Of a DNA stretch of 64,000 nt, positions 1-7,026 are shown one piece after another. Numbering within the stretch: the first letter of the stretch is position 1; every line of letters starts with the position of its first letter. The stretch spans positions 8,125 to 72,124 of the forward strand of contig JARKSN010000316.1 of the NCBI GenBank assembly GCA_029974275.1, read 5' to 3'. The notes under the pieces are model-generated. The model saw nothing but the letters and a program-made list of their open reading frames with translations. It did not search any database and was not told the DNA's origin. The stretch is from Candidatus Hydrogenedentota bacterium. GTDB lineage: Bacteria; Hydrogenedentota; Hydrogenedentia; Hydrogenedentales; SLHB01. A program made the translations under genes and the position numbers.

Positions 1-632
1 GCGGCGGGCGCGATGCGGTTCCATATCCACTGGGACAGTATTTCCGACGTGGCGTTTTCGAGGCCGGGCACGTCATTCAAACAGCGGTGATCCAGGCGAC
101 AATATACGTTATGGAGCGGTTCAAGCAATGGGTCGATCTGCGCCGCGGCGACCTCTACCCGGTAACTATGCCCATGCAGTCGATGGCACTTGTGGCCTTC
201 GGGGGTCATGGGCAGATGATGGGCCGCCTCGAACGAAAAACCGACGCGCACAGGCAATTCCTGCCACGGATCGGCGTCAAGCACGCAGGGCCGGTATGCG
301 CAATCGCCCATGATACGCACGCGCACATCCCGTAAACTTGGCACGGCGGCGCACAGCTTTCCGGAAAGCCATTTCCGCACGCTCCCCAACGTCGTATCCG
401 GCAAATCCACGATCCCTTCCAGCGAATGGTGGTCCATCGTTTCGTACAGCGGGCGGAAGGCCTTTTTGATGTCGCCAAAATCCACAACCCAGCCCGCCGC
501 GGGGTTTACCTCGCCTTCGACAACGACGTCGATGCGGTAACTGTGCCCATGGATGCGCGATGTCTTGTCGTCGCCGTGCGCGTTGACGTGGGCGGACTCG
601 ACGAAGAATTGTTTGACTAATTCGCTGCGCAC
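1..632 (-). CDS. queD: QueD-like 6-carboxy-5,6,7,8-tetrahydropterin synthase with two tandem T-fold domains (partial; runs off the window start)
   Basis: My manual minus-strand translation of 632..1 is one open frame, not listed in the ORF track because no stop lies inside the window. It has two QueD signatures: FFVESAHVNAHG..SRIHGHSYRIDVVVEGEVNPAAGWVVDFGDIKKAFRPLYETMDHHSL, then FSFEAAHHLPMTPEGHKCHRLHGHSYRVEV...LDHRCLNDVPGLENATSEILSQWIW. A GTG at 632..630 follows directly after the queE stop (635..633). Confidence 0.7.
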   Translation of the reverse strand, partial: MRSELVKQFFVESAHVNAHGDDKTSRIHGHSYRIDVVVEGEVNPAAGWVVDFGDIKKAFRPLYETMDHHSLEGIVDLPDTTLGSVRKWLSGKLCAAVPSLRDVRVRIMGDCAYRPCVLDADPWQELPVRVGFSFEAAHHLPMTPEGHKCHRLHGHSYRVEVAAAQIDPLLEPLHNVYCRLDHRCLNDVPGLENATSEILSQWIWNRIAPA

Positions 633-1304
633 TTACACGCCTCTTTGAGCCGGATGCCAGACAATTTTATGCAGTTGAAGCTGAAACCGAACCGGAAGTC
701 CATCCTCGAGAATCCACGCCGCCAAATCGCGCGGCGCTATCGCATCCAATACCGGCGAGAATAAAACCTCCTTACAGAGAGACGTCAGATCATACCGCGA
801 AACGACATCCCGGCTCCACTCGTAATCGGCCCGGTCGGCGATGACGAATTTTACCTCGTCGCGCGGCGTCAAGCGTGCGACGTTCGCCCAATCGTTGCGG
901 CCGCATTCGCCGCTGCCGGGGCACTTCAAGTCCATAATGCGGATCACCGTATCGGGCAAGCGATCGATCGGCAAGGCGCCGCAGGTCTCGCACAGCGTCG
1001 TAAATCCCTTTTCTATAAGCAGTTGAGCCAACGGCGGGCAGCCTTCCTGCAACAGCGGCTCGCCGCCGGTAATCTCGACCAGGCGACAATCGTGGCCCGT
1101 GCACCACGCAACCACTTCTTCGAGGGACATTTCCATGCCGTTTTCCCGCGCATGGGGCGTATCGCACCAGATGCAGTGGAGATCACATCCCGCCAAGCGC
1201 ACGAACAGACACGGCAATCCCGCCCACGACGACTCCCCCTGGATGCTATAAAAAAGCTCCGCTACCGTGACGTTCATGACGGCGTCCTTTGATTTCGTGT
1301 CCAA
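633..1304 (-). CDS. queE: 7-carboxy-7-deazaguanine synthase (radical SAM)
   Basis: FYSIQGESSWAGLPCLFVRLAGCDLHCIWCDTPHA carries the CxxxCxxC radical-SAM cluster motif and the QueE N-terminal signature. The true start is probably the internal MNVTVAELFYSIQGE. Confidence 0.85.
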   Translation of the reverse strand: MDTKSKDAVMNVTVAELFYSIQGESSWAGLPCLFVRLAGCDLHCIWCDTPHARENGMEMSLEEVVAWCTGHDCRLVEITGGEPLLQEGCPPLAQLLIEKGFTTLCETCGALPIDRLPDTVIRIMDLKCPGSGECGRNDWANVARLTPRDEVKFVIADRADYEWSRDVVSRYDLTSLCKEVLFSPVLDAIAPRDLAAWILEDGLPVRFQLQLHKIVWHPAQRGV

Positions 1305-1319
1305 GGCTACGGCAATCGG

Positions 1320-1598
1320 TTAACGGACGACCGATGCGAGCAGCGACGCGCCCATTTCGCGCACTATCCAAACGGCAAACAAGACCGCAGCGGGAGCGAA
1401 ATCCACGGGGCCCAGCGGCGGCAGTTTTCGGCGCGCAAAACCGAACGCGGGATCCGTGATGCGGCATATCCAACGGAACCGCCCGTACAGATCAATCTCC
1501 AGATAAGATCCAAACCATCGAAGCAAAACAAACAACATGTACAGGGTGCACAAATTGAAGAACCCTCGGGGAAGCATTGCTAGCATCGTGGTCGTCAT
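1320..1598 (-). CDS. YggT-family small membrane protein
   Basis: A 92 aa hydrophobic protein whose DPAFGFARRKLPPLGPVDFAPAAVLFAVWIV resembles the YggT/Ycf19 motif (R..LP..G.iDFSPiva). Confidence 0.5.
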   Translation of the reverse strand: MTTTMLAMLPRGFFNLCTLYMLFVLLRWFGSYLEIDLYGRFRWICRITDPAFGFARRKLPPLGPVDFAPAAVLFAVWIVREMGASLLASVVR

Positions 1599-2152
1599 GT
1601 GAATGCGAACTCCTCGATCGGCGTGTACACAGGGCCGTGCGGCGTGAGGCGGCTGTGAAATAGGGTCATGCCGGAAACGACGAACGCCCCGGCGTCGAAA
1701 TCGCGTTCGGCGTGCAGCGCATCAGAGGCCTCCAGAGCGAAACGGCTGTCTCTTACGCGCGCCAACGTGACATGAGGATGAAACGCCTTGGTTTCCGCAG
1801 GCAGCCCTATCGCCTGAGCGGCCCGTTCGCTCAACTCCTGCGCTTGCACGAGGCTGGCATCCGAGGCAACGAGTCCAACCCATAGAACGCTTGGACGTCG
1901 CAGGCTGGGAAACGCTCCGACGCCCTGGACGCGAACCTCAAAGGGACGCAGCGATGTTGCTGCGTCACGCAGGGTCTGGCGCAATCGGACGGATTGGCCG
2001 TCGTCAATGTCGCCCAAGAACCGCAAGGTCAGGTGCATCCGGTTCGGGTGGACATACGTGATGCCCGGGAGCCGCGGCAACCGCTCGAGCAACCGAGCGA
2101 TCTCGTTTCGCACGGAATCGGGAAATTCGATGGCAACGAAACTGCGCACCAT
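1595..2152 (-). CDS. thpR: RNA 2',3'-cyclic phosphodiesterase (2H phosphoesterase, LigT/ThpR)
   Basis: Two H-x-T-x motifs (HLTLRF and HVTLARV) at the LigT-typical spacing in a 185 aa protein. Confidence 0.85.
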   Translation of the reverse strand: MVRSFVAIEFPDSVRNEIARLLERLPRLPGITYVHPNRMHLTLRFLGDIDDGQSVRLRQTLRDAATSLRPFEVRVQGVGAFPSLRRPSVLWVGLVASDASLVQAQELSERAAQAIGLPAETKAFHPHVTLARVRDSRFALEASDALHAERDFDAGAFVVSGMTLFHSRLTPHGPVYTPIEEFAFT

Positions 2153-2182
2153 GCTTTCTCCAGAAAAGCCGCTTTTCCCCGA

Positions 2183-2893
2183 TTATGCCTGGGGAGCGTT
2201 TGTAATAAGGCGGCTCCACGCGGCGTCATCGGCGCATGCCGGGGGAATGCCGATGTCGGCAACGGCGACGCGCCCAAGATACGCGGCGGCGGCGGGGTTG
2301 TCAAAACCTCTCTTGGGGAATTGAAACGTCACCGTCACGTCCGCGCGAACGCACGCCCCGCACGGCGCGCCCGCATCGGCGTCCAAACCCGAGGGAAGGT
2401 CCACGGCCACCGTTGCGACGTCGGGCCATGCTTCGATCGCCGCGCGCGGCGCGCCGCACACTTCGCCCGAAATGCCCGTTCCCAACAAGGCGTCGACGAT
2501 CACATCGCAGCAGGACATCCCCGCGATGGCGCTGCGGGCCGCGTCTTCATCCGGCGCCTCGATCGTTTGCCCGCCCAGTCGCTCGTACACGCGCAAGAAT
2601 AACGCCGCGTCGCCTTGGATGTTCGATGGGGACGCAATCAGCACAGTGCGCACACGATGCCCCGCGAGCAGGGCCAATCGCGCGACGACAAACCCGTCCC
2701 CGCCGTTGTTGCCTTTGCCGCACACCACGCCGATCGTGCTGGACTGCGGGGCATTCCGTTCGCACAGCAACGCCGACACCTCGCGAAACACGGCGCCCCC
2801 GGCGTTGTTCATGAGCACAACGCCGGGGATGCCAAGTTCTTCGATGCAGCGCCGGTCGGCCTCGCGCATCTGCGCGGCGGTCAGACTTCGCAT
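2183..2893 (-). CDS. nnrE: NAD(P)H-hydrate epimerase (YjeF N-terminal domain)
   Basis: GVVCGKGNNGGDGFVVARLL matches the YjeF_N GxGNNGGDG signature. Confidence 0.85.
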   Translation of the reverse strand: MRSLTAAQMREADRRCIEELGIPGVVLMNNAGGAVFREVSALLCERNAPQSSTIGVVCGKGNNGGDGFVVARLALLAGHRVRTVLIASPSNIQGDAALFLRVYERLGGQTIEAPDEDAARSAIAGMSCCDVIVDALLGTGISGEVCGAPRAAIEAWPDVATVAVDLPSGLDADAGAPCGACVRADVTVTFQFPKRGFDNPAAAAYLGRVAVADIGIPPACADDAAWSRLITNAPQA

Positions 2894-2898
2894 GGCGG

Positions 2899-4365
2899 CT
2901 ACCTCTTGGTTTGCGCGCGATAGGTTACCGTGGCCTCGCCGTCTTTGGGCACGGTGACGGGGAACACCGCCGTCGCGGCGTCGCGCTTACTGAACTCCTG
3001 CGATTTCTCGAGGATGCGCCAATCGCCGTACATGCGCTCGACCACGTTTACCGTGACTTCCGTGTCCTTGTGATTGCGCACGACGATTTTGAACGCGCTT
3101 TCGCTGATGTTTTGGGCGGGTTGCTGGAAATCGGTCTGCGTGCGTTCCACGGCGATATCGAAGGCTTTGCCGATGCCCAAGCGCACTTCTTCGTTCTTCG
3201 GCGTATGCCTGATCCGGTCTTCGCCCGCGAATTGCAGTGCGCCGCTGCTGTCCTGCTTGTACACGCGCATCGTGCCCGCGGGCAGCGGAATGCCCAGATG
3301 CGCCTTCTCCGCGTTCATGAACTTCAATAGCACCGCGACGTCCTGCCTGATTGGCCCGGAATCCGGACGCATGAACGGCGTGAACAGGTCTTGGTCGCTC
3401 GACGTCTCGTATTCCTTCCTAATCCCCACTTGGGCCGCCGTCAGCAGGCTGATCTGCTTTGTCTGGTTTTGCTTGATGGTCGTGCGGCGCGGCACGGTGT
3501 AGAGATGGTACTCGGCGAAACTCTCTTCGCGCGGCGGGGCAGGCGCCATCATCCCCTCTGCATACCCCAACATGTCGGCTCGGACTTTGAGCTGCTGCGA
3601 GCGCGGCGCAAGATTCACGTCGCCCGCGACCAGTTTCAGCTCCGCGTTCGTGTACTCCGTGCCCGACTGGTTCGACAGCGTCACCCACCCCGCCAGGTCC
3701 ATCGTGGCGTCGTCCTTGGCGAGGGTCAGCACATAATCGACTTGCCACGTCACGCCGTCGGTGAGATAACTCACTTCGATCTTCTGGTTCGGCAGGGCGT
3801 TGTTCACCTCCCACACCAACGTGGGCTTGGCGATGAGGTTGGCCGGTATCTCCGGCAGCACGACGTTGCCGGGATGTCCCAAATAAATCCGATCGCCAAC
3901 TTTATAGATAGGCCCTTCGTTGTTGCTCAATAGGTCGGCGTCCACTTCTTGAAAGCCGATCTGGGTGCTGAAGTTCACAAGCTTCACTTTCTTTCCAACA
4001 TATTTTTCCATGAGTTTGTTCGGGCTCATCAGGTCGTATTCGTAATTCTGTTCGAGGATTGCAATCGACCCCGGCGCATCAAGCGATCGCAGGCTTACCG
4101 TCTCGGGGCGGATTTGCTGCGAAACGTCCATAAACTGGAGTTTGTGCTCGCCCGTTGGCGCCGACAGCGTGCGCACATCACGCACCAACGCGATGCCGCT
4201 GTTGTACGCGGTGACTCCGACGTCCACCCGATCGGCGAGGGTGCTCGCCACTCCCGAAGGCGCTGTGGGCGCGGAGACGGACGGCGCGGACGCTACGGGC
4301 TCTTGAGCGCATGCCAGCGCCGCGATGAACAGAACGAGCATTGCCGTCACGAACGATGTTTTCAT
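2899..4365 (-). CDS. Secreted protein of unknown function
   Basis: A 488 aa ORF with a clear signal peptide (MKTSFVTAMLVLFIAALACAQE) and no recognizable catalytic motifs. Confidence 0.6.
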   Translation of the reverse strand: MKTSFVTAMLVLFIAALACAQEPVASAPSVSAPTAPSGVASTLADRVDVGVTAYNSGIALVRDVRTLSAPTGEHKLQFMDVSQQIRPETVSLRSLDAPGSIAILEQNYEYDLMSPNKLMEKYVGKKVKLVNFSTQIGFQEVDADLLSNNEGPIYKVGDRIYLGHPGNVVLPEIPANLIAKPTLVWEVNNALPNQKIEVSYLTDGVTWQVDYVLTLAKDDATMDLAGWVTLSNQSGTEYTNAELKLVAGDVNLAPRSQQLKVRADMLGYAEGMMAPAPPREESFAEYHLYTVPRRTTIKQNQTKQISLLTAAQVGIRKEYETSSDQDLFTPFMRPDSGPIRQDVAVLLKFMNAEKAHLGIPLPAGTMRVYKQDSSGALQFAGEDRIRHTPKNEEVRLGIGKAFDIAVERTQTDFQQPAQNISESAFKIVVRNHKDTEVTVNVVERMYGDWRILEKSQEFSKRDAATAVFPVTVPKDGEATVTYRAQTKR

Positions 4366-4481
4366 AATGACATCTCCTTTCCTGACCGACCGGCGAGCCG
4401 CCGGTCCTTTTCTGCAGGATCATCTTAGCACACGGCGTCTTCTTGGACACCGTCCGGGAAAGAAAAGTTCGGCAGGGCGCG

Positions 4482-4514
4482 AAAAAAAAACGACCTGCCG
4501 CATAAAAGGGCAGG
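4482..4514 (-). terminator. Rho-independent terminator downstream of dnaA
   Basis: On the minus strand, a 6-bp stem (CCTGCC, 9-nt loop, GGCAGG; plus coordinates 4494-4514) is followed by a T9 run (plus-strand A9 at 4482-4490). This lies 24 nt below the dnaA stop. Confidence 0.6.
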
Positions 4515-4537
4515 CCGGTGGTACGTTTTGCGATGGA

Positions 4538-5923
4538 TTACGCCTGGGCGACTTTTTGAAGATGCGCCAGCACTTGTCGGGTTTCGGGATTATTGCGCGC
4601 TTTTTCGGCGATCTGCTGGCACGCGTACAGCACGGTTGTGTGGTCCTTGCCGCCGAAAGCCTCTCCAATTTCGCTTAGGGACAGATTCGGCACGAGGTCT
4701 TTGCATAAGAACATGGCGAGTTGCCTTGGGAAAGACACTTGCCGCTGGCGATTGCGGCTTTTGAGATCAGCGATGCGAAGATCGAAATACTCCGCGACGG
4801 CCCGCTGAATGTTTTCGATCGTGACAGGCTTGATTTTTTCCCGCCCGATAAGGTCGTGCAACACGTCTTCCGCAACGTGCAGGGTGATCTTGCGTTCGGT
4901 CAGTTTCGCGTACGCGAGCAGCGTGATGAGCGTGCCTTCGAGCTCGCGGATATTCGTGGCGACGTAGGTCGCGATGTAGCGGAGGACATCCGCGGGAACG
5001 ACGGCGTTTTCCTCTGCCGCCTTGTTCTGCAGGATGGCCACGCGCGTCTCGAGATCGGGGGGCTGAATATCCGTCACCAACCCCCACTCGAAGCGCGAGA
5101 GCAAGCGATCCTCCAATCCATTGATTTCCTTGGGTTGTCGATCGCTCGACAGGACGATTTGCTTATGCATGTCGAACAAGGCGTTGAACGTGTGGAAAAA
5201 TTCTTCCTGCGTGGCTTCCTTGCCCGCGATGAAATGAATGTCGTCGATCAGGAGCACGTCCACCTTGCGAAAACGCGCACGGAATTTTTGCGTCGATTTC
5301 TTCGCGATGCTTTCGATCAGTTGATTCGTGAAATCTTCCGACGAAATGAAGGCAACGCTGGCCTCGGGCCTGCGTTGAAGGACTTCTTGGCCGATGGCTT
5401 GCATCAGATGCGTCTTGCCAAGCCCGGTATCGCCGTACAGGAACAACGGGTTGTACGCGCGCGCCGGACTCTCGGCGACCGCACGCGCCGCCGCATGGGC
5501 AAAACGATTGCCCGCGCCGATGACGAAACGGTCAAAGGTGTAGCGATGATTGAATCCGTCAAAACGTTGATCCACGCGCGCCAGCGGGCGCTTGGGCGTT
5601 TGCGACCTATTGCTGGGTTTTCCTGCAGGACCGTCCTGCGGCGCAGGGGGCATGTCCGTGACTGGGCGGAAAAACACTTCGACAAAGCCGGGACTGCATT
5701 CGCGCATGCAATCGGAGATGGCCTCGATGTAATGATCGCGAAGCCAATCCGCGAAAAACTGACTCGGCACTCCTATGGTCAACGATCCGTTATCGTAGGA
5801 AACAAACCGGGTCTGAGAAAACCAATTCTTGTAGCTATGTTCATCGAGTCGTTCTTGCAAGCGGGTCTGCGCCAATTCCCAAGGATTATGTTTATCCGAT
5901 ACCATAGCCGCTCCCTGCATCAA
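4538..5923 (-). CDS. dnaA: Chromosomal replication initiator DnaA
   Basis: AAA+ Walker A in LFLYGDTGLGKTHLMQAIG, and a C-terminal DNA-binding domain (SLSEIGEAFGGKDHTTVLYACQQI). The true start is probably the internal MVSDKHNPWE. Confidence 0.97.
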   Translation of the reverse strand: MMQGAAMVSDKHNPWELAQTRLQERLDEHSYKNWFSQTRFVSYDNGSLTIGVPSQFFADWLRDHYIEAISDCMRECSPGFVEVFFRPVTDMPPAPQDGPAGKPSNRSQTPKRPLARVDQRFDGFNHRYTFDRFVIGAGNRFAHAAARAVAESPARAYNPLFLYGDTGLGKTHLMQAIGQEVLQRRPEASVAFISSEDFTNQLIESIAKKSTQKFRARFRKVDVLLIDDIHFIAGKEATQEEFFHTFNALFDMHKQIVLSSDRQPKEINGLEDRLLSRFEWGLVTDIQPPDLETRVAILQNKAAEENAVVPADVLRYIATYVATNIRELEGTLITLLAYAKLTERKITLHVAEDVLHDLIGREKIKPVTIENIQRAVAEYFDLRIADLKSRNRQRQVSFPRQLAMFLCKDLVPNLSLSEIGEAFGGKDHTTVLYACQQIAEKARNNPETRQVLAHLQKVAQA

Positions 5924-6163
5924 GCGTCTGCCTCGTCTCCGAGAAGATTAAAGAATAAGCGCAGGCTGGGCGTCTCTTCCGGACATTTCGAAAGCGAAAT
6001 GTTGCGTGCGAGCAGTCTTCCCAACCGCAATTTGAATCGCTCCCCCTGCCGGCGTTCCGTTGGTTTCTGTTCCTGCGTTACGTCTTGCATTCGTGCACAA
6101 CGCGCCGCGCACCCCACCCTTGGGAACGCCTCCAAACGCTACGCCCCCGTCGTTGCGCGAGCG

Positions 6164-6205
6164 TTATCCACACGTTATTCACAGGTTATTCACATGTTGT
6201 CCACA
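6164..6205 (+). promoter_or_regulatory. Array of four direct DnaA boxes with 11-bp phasing (candidate oriC or dnaA autoregulatory site)
   Basis: TTATCCACA (6164-6172), TTATTCACA (6175-6183), TTATTCACA (6186-6194), TTGTCCACA (6197-6205). All share one orientation, about 240 bp upstream of the dnaA start. Confidence 0.7.
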
Positions 6206-6233
6206 GGCCTATAAACAGGGCCTTTTCGCAACA

Positions 6234-6746
6234 TCAGGGGAGCGAGTTTGCCCCATCATCGGCCCCTTTGTCAAGGGGTTGATTATTCCCCGTACCGCAA
6301 AGGCCGCCGCTTCGCTTGATGCGCTGCCAGATCGCGTCTAACTCGGCAGGTTGGCAATCGGTCACAACGCGTCGCGAACCGTCGACTTCCGCCTCGAGTC
6401 GGGCAAAGCGATGCTGGAATCGTCGCGCAGCCGCGGCAAGCTCGCGTGCAGGATCGACGCCAAGAAAGCGGGCGAGGTTCACGGCCGTGAAGAGCAAGTC
6501 TCCTAATTCAGCCGCGGCCTCCTCGCGAGCAGAACGGCCAAGGGCCTCCTCAATTTCAGCGATTTCTTCGTGGATTTTCTCGGTCACGCCGGAAACATGG
6601 TCCCAATCGAATCCTGCGCGCGCCGCGTCCGCTTGAACGCGCCACGCCGTCTTGAAGGGTTCCGGCAGATCATGAGGAATGGGAACGGCGGCCCCGCACA
6701 CTGTGGGTTCTGGCAATGCGACGCCCTCCGCTTGTATGTGTCGCAC
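6234..6746 (-). CDS. MazG-family nucleotide pyrophosphohydrolase (single domain)
   Basis: FDWDHVSGVTEKIHEEIAEIEEA...ELGDLLFTAVNLARFLGVDP is the MazG EExxE/D core. The start is over-extended in the track. Confidence 0.75.
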   Translation of the reverse strand: MRHIQAEGVALPEPTVCGAAVPIPHDLPEPFKTAWRVQADAARAGFDWDHVSGVTEKIHEEIAEIEEALGRSAREEAAAELGDLLFTAVNLARFLGVDPARELAAAARRFQHRFARLEAEVDGSRRVVTDCQPAELDAIWQRIKRSGGLCGTGNNQPLDKGADDGANSLP

Positions 6747-7026
6747 CTGAGACGAGAGCCTTCAATGTTTCTCTTGGGACGGCGGCAATGGGAACTGCAC
6801 GATACGCGCCCCAACGCAGTATAGCAATGAAAGAGAAAATGCGCAACAGGAATGTGGGGCGCGTTTGGAGTCAGAGCGCGAGAGGAGTATGATTCCGTGA
6901 CTCTCACGGCATGGCTGCGCGAAACCAGGTTTTCCGGTCTCGGCATCACAACGTCGATTCTCGACTGCGTCGAGCGACGTGCGGCAGGGCGCGTAACGCG
7001 CATATCACCATGGAGGAAAGCGACGC

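Noticed and set aside
2236-2814. Long Arg/Pro-rich antisense or off-frame ORFs throughout the track. Examples are 2236..2814 +, 4721..6214 +, 8002..9453 -, 18003..19325 -, 22927..24114 -, 42892..44163 - and 56666..58045 +.
   Set aside because: They lie entirely within, and opposite or out of frame to, strongly supported genes (nnrE, dnaA, the beta-lactamase-family gene, gyrB, gyrA, the ceramidase fusion, the transglutaminase/TPR genes). Their low-complexity R/P/A/G composition is typical of high-GC frame artifacts.
4470-4500. Plus-strand hairpin CGGCAGG...CCTGCCG containing an A9 tract, considered as a plus-strand terminator.
   Set aside because: The run is A9 on the plus strand, which is T9 on the minus strand. 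It is correctly the terminator for minus-strand dnaA, and the plus-strand stem has a 17-nt loop.
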